DNA from: Candidatus Eiseniibacteriota bacterium
GTDB taxonomy: Bacteria; Eisenbacteria; RBG-16-71-46; CAZAMP01
NCBI GenBank assembly: GCA_965224245.1
Contig: OZ245046.1
Coordinates: 5,088,001-5,152,000, forward strand
DNA: 64,000 nt
Direction of reading: 5' to 3'
Program-made: the position numbers and the translations under genes
Part shown: positions 39,136 to 49,224 of the stretch, piece after piece
Numbering within the stretch: the first letter of the stretch is position 1
Layout: each line of letters opens with the position of its first letter
The notes under the pieces: model-generated
What the model was told of the DNA's origin: nothing
Seen by the model: the letters and a program-made list of their open reading frames with translations, nothing else
Databases searched by the model: none

Positions 39136-39921
39136 ATGACCGAAGCCTCGGAATCGCCGACGGGTATCGTGCGCCGCTTCGCGTTGCGGACCGAGGAAGC
39201 CGTGCTCGCACACGGCGACTTTCGCGGGCTGTTCGCGGTCTACGAGGCGCACGTTCACCGCTGGGAGTCGATTCCCGATCCCCTGTGTCTGATCATGATG
39301 CGTCAGGCGCTCGGAGGAGCGGCGCTGCACCTGTCCTGCCGGCCGCGGGATCAGATGACAGCCTGGACGATCAACATCGCCCGGCCGCCGCTCAACGTGT
39401 TCGTGGCCGGAAACAGTGCGGACTCCACCGTGGTGGGACGGGTCTACACCGAGGACGTCAGCACCGCGGGATCGAGCCGCCTCTTCGTGGAATCCCGGCG
39501 ACCGCACGGCAAGTCCAATCGCTCGATGATCGACGTCACCGGGTACGACGTCCTCCAGATCTTCGAGCAGTACTACGAGCAGTCCGAGCAGAACCCGGCC
39601 CGGTTCTTCGAGTTCAACGAGACGGAGTTCGTGATGGTGCTCGCGATGCCCGGTGCCGATCCGGACTGGCTGGCGGCGCTGGACCGCGAGCGCGTCAAGA
39701 GCATCCTCGACGCCGGTCCGAGCCCCATCGACACCCAGGAGTTCACGTTCCGCTGCGGCTGCGATCACGATCGCATGGTCCAGGTCGTCCATGGCATGTT
39801 CAAGGAGGATCCGACCGAGCTGTTTCAGGGAGACGCCAACGTCGAGGTGAGCTGTCCACGCTGCGGTCGCCGGTGGACGCTCGACCGGGACGAGTTCGAC
39901 GAGCTTCAGGAGGACGCATGA
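39136..39921 (+). CDS. hslO: Hsp33 family redox-regulated chaperone
   Basis: YYEQSEQ.P; C-terminal FRCGC...VSCPRC zinc motif. Confidence 0.8.
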   Translation: MTEASESPTGIVRRFALRTEEAVLAHGDFRGLFAVYEAHVHRWESIPDPLCLIMMRQALGGAALHLSCRPRDQMTAWTINIARPPLNVFVAGNSADSTVVGRVYTEDVSTAGSSRLFVESRRPHGKSNRSMIDVTGYDVLQIFEQYYEQSEQNPARFFEFNETEFVMVLAMPGADPDWLAALDRERVKSILDAGPSPIDTQEFTFRCGCDHDRMVQVVHGMFKEDPTELFQGDANVEVSCPRCGRRWTLDRDEFDELQEDA

Positions 39922-42122
39922 TGCGGCCAATTCGAGTCCGACTCGCGCTCGCCGTGGCGCTGCTCGCGGCATCCCCGGTGCACGCGTTCGACGGCGAGCC
40001 GGCGGTGATCGATTCCGAGACGCTCCGGATCACCGAGCTCGAGGATCGCCGCGAGAGCGGACCCGAGCTGCGCACGTACCTCGGGAGCCCTCGGGCGCAC
40101 GTCCGCGCTCGGGCCGCGCTGGCGGCCGGTCGCATCGGACACCCCGCCGACGTCGCCGCGCTCTCGGAGATGCTCGCCGATCCCGACGTGACCGTCCGCC
40201 GCGCCGTCGTCTTCGGGCTCGGTGAGATCGAGGACTCGACGGCCGCGATGCCCCTCGCAGAGCTCCTGACGTCCGGACGCGAGACCGATGCGCGCGCGCG
40301 GGCGTTCGCGGTGGAGGCGCTGGGCAAGCTCCGATGGGGCGCCGAGGCCTGCCGGCACGCCATCGACGACGCGGACGCCGACGTGCGCGCGCGGGCGCTC
40401 CTGGCCGCCTGGCAGATTCCTGTCCCCGCCGTCACCGACCGCGCCGTCGCCGCGCTGGACGACGCGGACGCTCACGTGCGATGGGCCGCCGCGTACGCGC
40501 TGATGCGGCTCGCCGGTGCGCCGGCGTCCGGGGCGACGCCGATCGCCAGCGCAGCCGCGCTCTCGCCTGCCGAGCGCCGCCGCGTGGGCGACGCGCTGGC
40601 GGGGCTGGTCGGCGATCCCGATCCCGAGGTTCGCACCGTCGCGATCCGGGGTCTCCGGCGCGCCGGCAGCCCCGAGGTGACGGCCCTTCTCGTCGATCGC
40701 ATGCGCGACAGCGACTGGCGCGTACGCGTGGAGGTCGTCCGCGCGCTCGGCTCCGACGTGGACGCCGGCGGCGGTGCCGGCGCGAACGCGGACGACGGCG
40801 CGGCCGGAGATCCCGCCGCGGTCGGCTCGACGACGCGCTCGATCGACGTGGACGCGATCGCGCCGCTTCTGGCTGATCCCCACCCGAACGTGCTCGTGGA
40901 GGCCGTGGGGCTGCTCGCGACCGTGGGCGACGACTCCACGGCGTTCGCCCGTCTCGCCGGCTTCTCCCGCTCGCCCGACGACCGCGTGAGCATCGCCGCG
41001 TTCGACGCAATGCTGGCCCGCTGGAGCGACGCGGACAGCCTGGATGCGGCCGCGCGGGAGCGCGTCGGCGCCGAGATCGACGCGATGCGCCGGCGCAGGG
41101 CCTGGGCGGCCCGGGCGGCGGTGATCGGCGCCCTGCCGCTCGTGGAGCGATGGGATGCCGAGCGCGCAGGCCAGCTCGCCCGGGACCTCGTCTCCGATCG
41201 CGATCCGCGGGTGGCCAAGCTCGCGGTCGGGGACCACCTTCGCCATCTGGCCGGCGCGGCGTCGGGACCGCTCTGGTCTCGGGTGGGCGGAGAGGTCTCG
41301 TCGCTCACGCGTCACGACGATCCGATGGTGCGACTGATGGCGCTCTACGGGACGTCGGCGCTCTTCCAGGCGGACTCGGTCTACGCGCCCACCGACGACG
41401 ACTGGACCCGCTTCGCGACCACGCTGGACGACGTCTACGAGGTGTCTCGCCAGGTCGACTCGCTGACCGACGTGCGAGAGGCTGTCGTGGACGTCGCCGC
41501 GAACTGGCTCGATCGCCCCGCGTATCGCGACGTCGTGCAGAAAGGGATCGACGACTCGAACTACGTCGTTCGCCGGGCCGCCCTGGGGGCGCTGGAGAGC
41601 GGCGGGATCGACTCGCCGCGTCAGGCCGAGCCGGTGGTGTCGCGGTACGGATCCGGGACGATGCGACAGATCCTCGAGTGGGCGAACTCCGATCACTGGG
41701 CGGTCTGGGATACCGAGTCGGGACGCATCGTGGCCAAGCTCTTCTCCCGCGACGCCCCGCTCACGTGCTGGAACCTGCTGGAGCTGGCGAACGCCGGGTT
41801 CTACGACCAGGGCGCGTGGCATCGCGTGGTGCCGAACTTCGTCCTCCAGGACGGCTGCCCGCGCGGTGACGGATGGGGCGGACCGGACTGGCAGATCCGC
41901 TGCGAGATCAACCCGAGGCGCTACGCGGCCGACCGACTCGGCATGGCGCTCTCGGGGAAGGACACCGGTGGCAGTCAGTACTTCTTCACGCACTCCGCGC
42001 AGCCGCACCTCGACGGGCGGTACACGGTGTTCGGCGAGATCGTCGAGGGCGCCGAGGCGGCCGCCCGCGTCACGCAGGGGATGCGGATTCGCAGCGTGCG
42101 CGTGCTCGACGTCGCGCCCTGA
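39918..42122 (+). CDS. HEAT-repeat protein with C-terminal cyclophilin-type PPIase
   Basis: Signal peptide; DPD..VR..A HEAT repeats; DAPLT..N, HRVVPNFVLQDG.PRGDG.GGP, GMALSGKDTGGSQ, PHLDGRYTVFG. Confidence 0.88.
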   Translation: MMRPIRVRLALAVALLAASPVHAFDGEPAVIDSETLRITELEDRRESGPELRTYLGSPRAHVRARAALAAGRIGHPADVAALSEMLADPDVTVRRAVVFGLGEIEDSTAAMPLAELLTSGRETDARARAFAVEALGKLRWGAEACRHAIDDADADVRARALLAAWQIPVPAVTDRAVAALDDADAHVRWAAAYALMRLAGAPASGATPIASAAALSPAERRRVGDALAGLVGDPDPEVRTVAIRGLRRAGSPEVTALLVDRMRDSDWRVRVEVVRALGSDVDAGGGAGANADDGAAGDPAAVGSTTRSIDVDAIAPLLADPHPNVLVEAVGLLATVGDDSTAFARLAGFSRSPDDRVSIAAFDAMLARWSDADSLDAAARERVGAEIDAMRRRRAWAARAAVIGALPLVERWDAERAGQLARDLVSDRDPRVAKLAVGDHLRHLAGAASGPLWSRVGGEVSSLTRHDDPMVRLMALYGTSALFQADSVYAPTDDDWTRFATTLDDVYEVSRQVDSLTDVREAVVDVAANWLDRPAYRDVVQKGIDDSNYVVRRAALGALESGGIDSPRQAEPVVSRYGSGTMRQILEWANSDHWAVWDTESGRIVAKLFSRDAPLTCWNLLELANAGFYDQGAWHRVVPNFVLQDGCPRGDGWGGPDWQIRCEINPRRYAADRLGMALSGKDTGGSQYFFTHSAQPHLDGRYTVFGEIVEGAEAAARVTQGMRIRSVRVLDVAP

Positions 42123-42344
42123 GCGCGGGGCTCGTCGAGAGGCCGATCGGCCTGCCGAACCAGGGAACACATTGCGCCATCTGGGGTTGACGTGATCGGG
42201 CGCCACAGCTGCGCGCCCGCCGGGAATGTGGTATCTGTTTGGAACTTCGATGCCCCTCCGCACCGGGAGGGGACATCTCGATCGGCGACCGCGACGCTAC
42301 CCCCTGCGATCCTGCGGCCGGACCCGACTACTGGAGATGACGCC

Positions 42345-43160
42345 ATGAAGCAGAAGACGGACGATGCGCCCCTCTCGGCGTACGAGAAAGCCGCGGAACA
42401 GGGTGTCGACCCGAGGTGCATTCCCAAGAACCTCGATGGCCCCCCCCCGGTCGGTGACGACATCGTCGCACCCGACTATCCCGACTCCGATCACGAGTCC
42501 TGGCAGTTCCTCTTCGATCGCCAGATGACCCTCCTCGAGGACAAGGCCAGCGAGGCGTATCTGGACGGCGTGTCGCTGCTGGGCATGACGCGCGAGAGGA
42601 TCCCCTCGCTGGCGGCGATGAGTCGCCGGATGAAGCAGGCCACGAACTGGGAGCTCGCGCGCATTCCCGGGCTCCTTCACGAGCGTGACTTCTTCACGCT
42701 CCTCTCGAAGCGGCAGTTCCCGTCCACCGACTACATCCGGGGCAAGGACGAGCTGGACTACACGCCGGCGCCCGACTGCTTCCACGACATGTTCGGCCAC
42801 ATGCCCATGATCACCGAGCCTGCCTTCGCCGACTTCTACCAGGAGCTGGGTCGCGCCGCGCTGAAGGCCGAGGGGCAGGATCGAGTGAGCCTCGAGCGCT
42901 TGCACTGGTTCACGGTGGAGTTCGGGCTCATAAGGGAGGACGCCGGTAATCGCATCTTCGGCGCGGGGATCCTGTCGTCCAAGAACGAGGTCGGGCATGC
43001 GCTCGGTCCCGACGTCGAGAAGATCCCGTTCGACCCGTTCCGCGTCATCGAGCAGGAGTACGAGGTCTGGCACCTTCAGCCCACGCTGTTCGTGCTCGAC
43101 TCGTTCGAGCAGCTCGTCACCGGGTTTCGCGAGTGGGCGCGAAGCCGCAACCTCCAGTAG
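42345..43160 (+). CDS. phhA: Phenylalanine 4-monooxygenase
   Basis: FPSTDYIR, DYTPAPDCFHDMFGHMP, WFTVEFGL, FGAGILSS..E. Confidence 0.92.
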   Translation: MKQKTDDAPLSAYEKAAEQGVDPRCIPKNLDGPPPVGDDIVAPDYPDSDHESWQFLFDRQMTLLEDKASEAYLDGVSLLGMTRERIPSLAAMSRRMKQATNWELARIPGLLHERDFFTLLSKRQFPSTDYIRGKDELDYTPAPDCFHDMFGHMPMITEPAFADFYQELGRAALKAEGQDRVSLERLHWFTVEFGLIREDAGNRIFGAGILSSKNEVGHALGPDVEKIPFDPFRVIEQEYEVWHLQPTLFVLDSFEQLVTGFREWARSRNLQ

Positions 43161-43184
43161 CTCGCCGAGGAGTCCACGACACCC

Positions 43185-43973
43185 ATGCGATGTCACGAGG
43201 TCGACTACCGCATCCACGGCGACGACATGCAGATGGTCGAGGTCGAGCTCGACCCCGGGGAGACGGTCATCGCCGAGGCCGGCGCGATGAACTTCATGGC
43301 CGACGGCATCACGTTCGAGGCCAAGATGGGCGACGGCTCGAAGCCCGACGAGGGGCTCTTCGGAAAGCTCCTCAACGTCGGCAAGCGCGTGCTCACGGGG
43401 GAGTCGATCTTCCTGACGCACTTCACGCACCAGGGCTCGGGCAAGAGCCACGTGACGTTCGCCGCGCCCTACCCGGGCAAGGTCATCCCGCTGGACATGG
43501 CGGCCATCGGCGGCGAGATCGTCTGCCAGAAGGACTCGTTCCTGTGCGCGGCCCTCGGCACCGAGGTCTCGATCGCGTTCAACCGGCGACTGGGCACCGG
43601 GTTCTTCGGTGGCGAGGGGTTCATTCTTCAGCGGCTCCGCGGCGACGGCATGGCGTTCCTGCACGCGTGCGGCACGATCGTCGAGAAGGAGCTCACCGGT
43701 GACCGGCTCCGCGTGGACACCGGCTGCCTCGTCGGGTTCACGCCCGGGATCGACTACGACATTCAGCGCGCGGGCAATCTGAAGTCGATGTTCTTCGGCG
43801 GAGAGGGGCTCTTCCTGGCCACGCTCACCGGGCACGGTCGCGTGTGGCTGCAGAGCCTGCCGTTCTCGCGGCTCGCCGATCGGATTCTCGCGCACGCCCC
43901 GCGCGCCGGGGGCTCCCGCAAGGGCGAGGGCTCCGTGCTCGGCGGCCTCGGCGATCTGATCGGCGGAGACTGA
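43185..43973 (+). CDS. TIGR00266 / AIM24 family protein
   Basis: [50 protein letters not shown]. Confidence 0.92.
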   Translation: MRCHEVDYRIHGDDMQMVEVELDPGETVIAEAGAMNFMADGITFEAKMGDGSKPDEGLFGKLLNVGKRVLTGESIFLTHFTHQGSGKSHVTFAAPYPGKVIPLDMAAIGGEIVCQKDSFLCAALGTEVSIAFNRRLGTGFFGGEGFILQRLRGDGMAFLHACGTIVEKELTGDRLRVDTGCLVGFTPGIDYDIQRAGNLKSMFFGGEGLFLATLTGHGRVWLQSLPFSRLADRILAHAPRAGGSRKGEGSVLGGLGDLIGGD

Positions 43974-44016
43974 CGCGCGGCGCGGCACTCGCGTCCACTC
44001 CGGTGGAGGAACGACG

Positions 44017-44745
44017 GTGACGAACGACCTGATGGAGCGGGAGCTCGGCCTCGTCGAGCTCCTCGGTGCGACGTTCGCGACCGTCCGCCGCAACTTCGCG
44101 ACCTTCGGACTCATCGCGCTGCTGCCGTTCGTGCCGATCTTCCTCCAGTACCATCTGATGCCCGCCTTCTCCATGGACGTGAACGTCCTCGACCACCTCG
44201 GATCGCTCTACGGCGTGTTGCTCCTGCAGTGCCTGGTGATGCCGTTCGTGTACGGCGCGGTGGCCGGCATCACCGAGGCCGACGTTCACGGCAACGAGCT
44301 CACCGCCGGCGAGGCCCTCCGGGTGGGCGCGCTACGCTGGCTCCCGCTGGTGATCACCGGGATCATGTACTGGTTGGTGACGTTCGTGGGGATGCTCCTG
44401 CTGTTGATCCCGGGCATCGCGGCCCTGGTCTACTTCGGACTCTGCTGGCCGGCGGTCGCGCTACGCGGGTACGTCGGCGTCGACGCCATGCGCGCGAGCT
44501 GGGAGCTGGTGAAGGATCGCTGGTGGCGTGCCTTCGGGTTCTACCTGCTTCTCTCGGCCATCTTCTGGACGACGTCGTTGTTGCTCCTGCCGGTGACGCT
44601 CTTCGCGCCCCCGACGATCGCGTCGTTCGTCTCGTCCGCGGTGTCGGCGTTCTGGCAGGTGGTGATGATGACGGGCATCACGTTCTTCTTCCTCAACCAC
44701 GACTACCTGCAGAACGGCACCCACGTCTCGGACGTCGTCGCCTGA
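44017..44745 (+). CDS. Integral membrane protein (GDPD-membrane-domain-like)
   Basis: Several TM segments; LLLLIPGI; AMRASWELVKDRWWR motif; GGAGGA RBS. Confidence 0.7.
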   Translation: MTNDLMERELGLVELLGATFATVRRNFATFGLIALLPFVPIFLQYHLMPAFSMDVNVLDHLGSLYGVLLLQCLVMPFVYGAVAGITEADVHGNELTAGEALRVGALRWLPLVITGIMYWLVTFVGMLLLLIPGIAALVYFGLCWPAVALRGYVGVDAMRASWELVKDRWWRAFGFYLLLSAIFWTTSLLLLPVTLFAPPTIASFVSSAVSAFWQVVMMTGITFFFLNHDYLQNGTHVSDVVA

Positions 44746-44771
44746 CCCCGGTGCCGGGCACCGACCCCTCC

Positions 44772-45390
44772 GCCCGCTCCGCGAGGCCGTGACCTCCGCC
44801 TCGCACCGCCGCCGAAAAGCGCGTCCGTCCCGCCAGAACTCGGTCCGATGCCCGGTACATCAGACACGAAGACGATGCAGGGACGACAGAAACCAGTTAC
44901 CAGACAGGGAGTTACGAGATGGCGATCTACTTGCAGTTCGACGGGATGACCGGAGAGGTCACGGCGGCGGGTCACGAGGGCTGGATCGAGCTCGAGTCGT
45001 TCAGCTGGGGTGTCGGCCGCGGGATCATCATGCAGACCGGAGCCAGCAAGGACCGCGAGGCGTCGGCGCCGTCGCTGTCGGAGGTGACGGTGACCAAGCA
45101 GATGGACGAGACGTCGCCGTACTTCTTCACCGAGGCGTGCGTGGGCAAGGGCAAGACGGCGACGATCCACTTCGTGAAGACCGGCGAGGAGCTGGAGACG
45201 TACATGGAGTACGTGCTGAGCGACGTGATGGTGTCGGGGTACTCGGTGTCGTCGGGCGGGGATCGCCCGGCGGAGTCGATCTCACTGAGCTTCACGAAGA
45301 TCGAGACGAAGTACACGCCGTACGACGACGCGCACGCGGCCACGGCGCCGATCCCGGCCGGCTACAACCTGGCCACCGGCAAGATGGTCT
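44772..45390 (+). repeat. Direct repeat copy 1 (hcp + 147 bp upstream)
   Basis: Matches 45696-46314 (offset 924); I found 4 mismatches by eye. Confidence 0.93.
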
Positions 45391-45392
45391 AG
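44919..45392 (+). CDS. hcp: Hcp tube protein (T6SS Hcp1 family), copy 1
   Basis: MAIYL..DG..GE....GHEGWIEL.SFSWG, SEVTVTK.MD..SP, RP.ESISLSF.KIE.KY, AGYNL. Confidence 0.92.
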   Translation: MAIYLQFDGMTGEVTAAGHEGWIELESFSWGVGRGIIMQTGASKDREASAPSLSEVTVTKQMDETSPYFFTEACVGKGKTATIHFVKTGEELETYMEYVLSDVMVSGYSVSSGGDRPAESISLSFTKIETKYTPYDDAHAATAPIPAGYNLATGKMV

Positions 45393-45564
45393 GGCCACTG
45401 CTCCTGACGCGCGTCCCTCGGGGCGCGCGCGGCCCCTCTCCCGGGGCGGGACCCCGCGACACCTCGCCACACACAAGGTCCCGCCCCGGTCTTCGCTCTC
45501 CCCGCCCCGCTTCGGTGACACCGCTCCACCGTCATTGACCTTCCCACGTGCTTCGATCGCCGCC

Positions 45565-45620
45565 CGACGCCACCGGTGCAACGCCACCAGGCCAACGCCA
45601 CCAGGGCAACGCCATCGCCC
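45565..45620. repeat. Degenerate 14-bp tandem repeat x4 between hcp copies
   Basis: CGACGCCACCGGTG / CAACGCCACCAGGC / CAACGCCACCAGGG / CAACGCCATCGCCC. Confidence 0.7.
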
Positions 45621-45695
45621 GGGTCACGTCCGAGCTCACGACCGAGCCGATCGCGCGCCCGGAGCGGAGGCGGTCCGGATCCGGACGCACGTCGT

Positions 45696-46314
45696 GCCCG
45701 CTCCACGAGGCCGTGACCTCCGCCTCACACCCCCGCCGAAAAGCGCGTCCGTCCCGCCAGAACTCGGTCCGATGCCCGGTACATCAGACACGAAGACGAT
45801 GCAGGGACGACAGAAACCAGTTACCAGACAGGGAGTTACGAGATGGCGATCTACTTGCAGTTCGACGGGATGACCGGAGAGGTCACGGCGGCGGGTCACG
45901 AGGGCTGGATCGAGCTCGAGTCGTTCAGCTGGGGTGTCGGCCGCGGGATCATCATGCAGACCGGAGCCAGCAAGGACCGCGAGGCGTCGGCGCCGTCGCT
46001 GTCGGAGGTGACGGTGACCAAGCAGATGGACGAGACGTCGCCGTACTTCTTCACCGAGGCGTGCGTGGGCAAGGGCAAGACGGCGACGATCCACTTCGTG
46101 AAGACCGGCGAGGAGCTGGAGACGTACATGGAGTACGTGCTGAGCGACGTGATGGTGTCGGGGTACTCGGTGTCGTCGGGCGGGGATCGCCCGGCGGAGT
46201 CGATCTCACTGAGCTTCACGAAGATCGAGACGAAGTACACGCCGTACGACGACGCACACGCGGCCACGGCGCCGATCCCGGCCGGCTACAACCTGGCCAC
46301 CGGCAAGATGGTCT
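45696..46314 (+). repeat. Direct repeat copy 2 (hcp + upstream)
   Basis: Near-identical to 44772-45390. Confidence 0.93.
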
Positions 46315-46316
46315 GA
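45843..46316 (+). CDS. hcp: Hcp tube protein, copy 2 (identical protein)
   Basis: 157 aa identical to copy 1; one synonymous GCG/GCA change; stop is TGA rather than TAG. Confidence 0.92.
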   Translation: MAIYLQFDGMTGEVTAAGHEGWIELESFSWGVGRGIIMQTGASKDREASAPSLSEVTVTKQMDETSPYFFTEACVGKGKTATIHFVKTGEELETYMEYVLSDVMVSGYSVSSGGDRPAESISLSFTKIETKYTPYDDAHAATAPIPAGYNLATGKMV

Positions 46317-46559
46317 CGCCGGAACCCCCGGGCGGCGCGCCACCCCCGGCGCGTCGCTCGCCACGACATCGATCCCACCACACCGCCCTCCCCCGAGAGC
46401 CGGGGTCCGTCCGACGGGACGAGCCCCGGCTCCCTCCTTGCCCCCGAGGCGAGGTCGCCGGTGCCGAATCCAGCTGTGCGATTCCATTCCCCGGGCCCGT
46501 TACCTGGATGAAGGCCGAGCAGGGTACGACATCCAACCCCGATGGGAGACGGACGAAAG

Positions 46560-47027
46560 ATGGGCATGTATCTGAAGTACGAGGGCGTCGAGGGGCCGAT
46601 CACGGCCAGCGACTACAAGGGCTGGATCGAGATCGACTCGTTCGAGTTCGAGGTGAAGCGCGGTGAGTATGTCATGCTGGGAAACGGCACCAACAAGGCC
46701 ACGAGCATCACCGGGGCCAAGATGACCAAGAAGGCCGACGGTGCGACCACGGCCCTGATGCGCGAGGCGTTTCGCGGCGCCGTGCGCGAGGATGCCCGGG
46801 TCCGGTTCGTCACCGGCGGCGAGCTCGTCGATCCGTACCTGGAGTTCGACTTCGATCGGGTAGTGCTGGCGTACTACGCCATCGAGACCGTGAACGGCGC
46901 CCCGGTCGAGACGTTCGTCATGGAGTACGAACGGCTTCGATCCACCTACACCCCCCGGGACGCGACGGGCAAGCTCGACGCGCAAATTCCGGCCGGCTAC
47001 GACCTGAAGGCGGGCACGCCGCTGTGA
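46560..47027 (+). CDS. hcp: Divergent Hcp-family protein, copy 3
   Basis: MYLKYEGVEG.....YKGWIEIDSFEF, MTKKAD.AT, PVETF...Y, IPAGYDL. Confidence 0.8.
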   Translation: MGMYLKYEGVEGPITASDYKGWIEIDSFEFEVKRGEYVMLGNGTNKATSITGAKMTKKADGATTALMREAFRGAVREDARVRFVTGGELVDPYLEFDFDRVVLAYYAIETVNGAPVETFVMEYERLRSTYTPRDATGKLDAQIPAGYDLKAGTPL

Positions 47028-47056
47028 GACGACGGCGGCCGCGCGGCTGTCGTCTC
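47026..47056. terminator. Hairpin between convergent hcp3 and thrS
   Basis: GAGACGACGGC...GCTGTCGTCTC, 11-bp stem with one G-U pair. Confidence 0.45.
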
Positions 47057-47097
47057 CGCGGGACGAACGGTCGGCACGTCGCGCTCGGTGATGAGCG

Positions 47098-49167
47098 TCA
47101 GACGCCGGACGTGACCGCCGTATCGGACATCAGCTCCCGCCGCGCGATCTCGCCGGTGAGCGCGACCACGAACTCGTCCAGCGGTCGCGCGCCCAGATCG
47201 CCCTCGCCTCGACGCCGCACCGACACCGTGCGGGCGTCACGGTCGCGTCCGCCCACGATCAGGAGATACGGGATCCGCATCTCGGAGCCGGCCTTCACCT
47301 TCGCGGTGACCCGCTCGTCGCTCTCGTCGATCTCGGCGCGGACGCCGGCGTCGATCAGCGTCCGGAACACCTCGCGCCCGTAGTCGGTGAACTTCTCGCT
47401 GACCGGCAGCACGCGCGCCTGCACCGGCGCCAGCCAGGCGGGGAACGCCCCCGCGAAGTGCTCGATCAGGATGCCCACGAACCGCTCGAACGATCCGAAG
47501 GGCGCCCGGTGGATCATGACCGGTCGATGCGGCTTGTTGTCCGGGCCGATGTACGACAGATCGAACCGCTCGGGCAGGTTGTAGTCCACCTGCACGGTCC
47601 CGAGCTGCCACTCGCGTCCGATCACGTCGCGGGCCACGAAGTCGATCTTGGGGCCGTAGAACGCCGCCTCGCCGGGCTCCATGGTGTACGGCGCGCCCAG
47701 GGTCTTCGCCGCCGCCTCGCACGCGGCCTCGGCGCGAACCCACTTCTCGGCCTCGCCGGCGTACTTGTCGCTCTCGGGGTCGCGGAGGCCGACGCGCACG
47801 CGATAGTCGTGCATGCCGAGCGTACCCAGGATCAGCTTCACGAGGCTCAGACAGCCCAGAAGCTCCTCGGCGACCTGGTCCTCGGTGCAGAAGAGGTGCG
47901 CGTCGTCCTGGGTGAACCCGCGGACGCGGGTCATGCCGCTCAGCTCGCCCGACTGCTCCCAGCGATACACCGTCCCGAACTCGGCCAGCCGGATCGGCAG
48001 ATCACGGTAGCTGTGCGGCTCGTTCGCGTAGATCTTGATGTGGTGCGGGCAGTTCATGGGCTTGAGCAGAAACCCCTCGATGTCGCCGGTGCGCATGTCG
48101 TTGCACAGCTCGGCGCACGAGCAGCTCCTCTCGACCATGTCCCGCAGGTGTTCGCCGTGCACGAGCGGCGGATACTGGCTGTCCTGGTAGTACGGGAAGT
48201 GACCGGACGTCTTGAACAGATCCAGCTTGCCGATGTGGGGCGTGTAGACCTGACGGTAGCCCTGCTTGACGAGCTCGGCGCGTATGAACTCCTCGAGCTC
48301 GCGGCGGATGACCGCGCCGTTCGGCTTCCACAGGATGAGCCCCTGGCCCACCGCCTCGTCGATGTGAAAGAGTCCGAGCTTCTTGCCGAGCACGCGGTGA
48401 TCGCGCCTCCTGGCCTCCTCGATCGCCTCGAGGTGTGCCGCGAGCTGTCGCGGGTGCGGGAACGCGGTCCCGTAGACGCGGGTCAGGCTGTCCGAGTCGG
48501 CATCGCCGTGCCAGTACGCCGACGCGAGCGACATGACCTTGTACGCCCCGATGCGTCCGGTGCTGGGGACGTGCGGTCCGCGGCAGAGATCCTCGAAGTC
48601 GCGGCCCGGCTCACCGGTGGCGTACCAGGACAGCGCGTCGGAGCCGGCCTCCACCGCGCGCTCGGCGTTGTCGAGCTTGTACTTCGAGCCCTCGTCGCGG
48701 AGCTTCCGCATGCCTTCGTCGACGGGGAGCTCGTACCGGGTGAAGGCGCGATCCTCGGCGATGATCGCGGCCATCTCCTTCTCGATGGCGTCGAAGTCGT
48801 CCGAGCTCAGCGGGCGCGCATCGGGGATGTAGATGTCGTAGTAGAACCCGGTGTCCACGGGGGGGCCGTACACGAGGAGCGCGTCCGGAACGAGGCGCTG
48901 GATCGCCTCGGCCATCACGTGGGCGGCGCTGTGTCGCACGAGGAAGAGAGCGTCGTCCGAAGGGGTGTCCTTCGGACCGCCGGGCGTCACGATGGAGAGC
49001 TCCGCGTCGGTGTCGATCGGACGCGAAAGGTCGGTCAGCTCTCCGTTGACGCGGGCACCGATGGCGGCCTTGGCCAGCCCCGGGCCGATGTCGGCCGCCA
49101 CGCGGGCGGCGCTCACCGGTGCGTCATACTCGCGGACGGTTCCGTCCGGAAGTGTGATGCGCGGCAT
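47098..49167 (-). CDS. thrS: Threonine--tRNA ligase
   Basis: TGS domain ITLPDG; RHSAAHVMAEA; DLCRGPH; KPMNCPHH; RVRGFTQDDAH; FYGPKID; HRAPFGSFERF; GAGGAG RBS. Confidence 0.97.
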   Translation of the reverse strand: MPRITLPDGTVREYDAPVSAARVAADIGPGLAKAAIGARVNGELTDLSRPIDTDAELSIVTPGGPKDTPSDDALFLVRHSAAHVMAEAIQRLVPDALLVYGPPVDTGFYYDIYIPDARPLSSDDFDAIEKEMAAIIAEDRAFTRYELPVDEGMRKLRDEGSKYKLDNAERAVEAGSDALSWYATGEPGRDFEDLCRGPHVPSTGRIGAYKVMSLASAYWHGDADSDSLTRVYGTAFPHPRQLAAHLEAIEEARRRDHRVLGKKLGLFHIDEAVGQGLILWKPNGAVIRRELEEFIRAELVKQGYRQVYTPHIGKLDLFKTSGHFPYYQDSQYPPLVHGEHLRDMVERSCSCAELCNDMRTGDIEGFLLKPMNCPHHIKIYANEPHSYRDLPIRLAEFGTVYRWEQSGELSGMTRVRGFTQDDAHLFCTEDQVAEELLGCLSLVKLILGTLGMHDYRVRVGLRDPESDKYAGEAEKWVRAEAACEAAAKTLGAPYTMEPGEAAFYGPKIDFVARDVIGREWQLGTVQVDYNLPERFDLSYIGPDNKPHRPVMIHRAPFGSFERFVGILIEHFAGAFPAWLAPVQARVLPVSEKFTDYGREVFRTLIDAGVRAEIDESDERVTAKVKAGSEMRIPYLLIVGGRDRDARTVSVRRRGEGDLGARPLDEFVVALTGEIARRELMSDTAVTSGV

Positions 49168-49224
49168 GTGACTCCTCGTTCTCGTGGGCCCGTCCGAGGC
49201 CGGGCGCAGGGTAAAAGGTGTGAG

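Noticed and set aside
44846-44875. ECF-sigma promoter upstream of the hcp copies (GAACT...TCAGA)
   Set aside because: Spacer is longer than typical and the motif is absent before hcp3; too weak to call.
45565-45620. CRISPR array
   Set aside because: Units are 14 bp and abut with no unique spacers; no cas genes. The same applies to 62507-62560.
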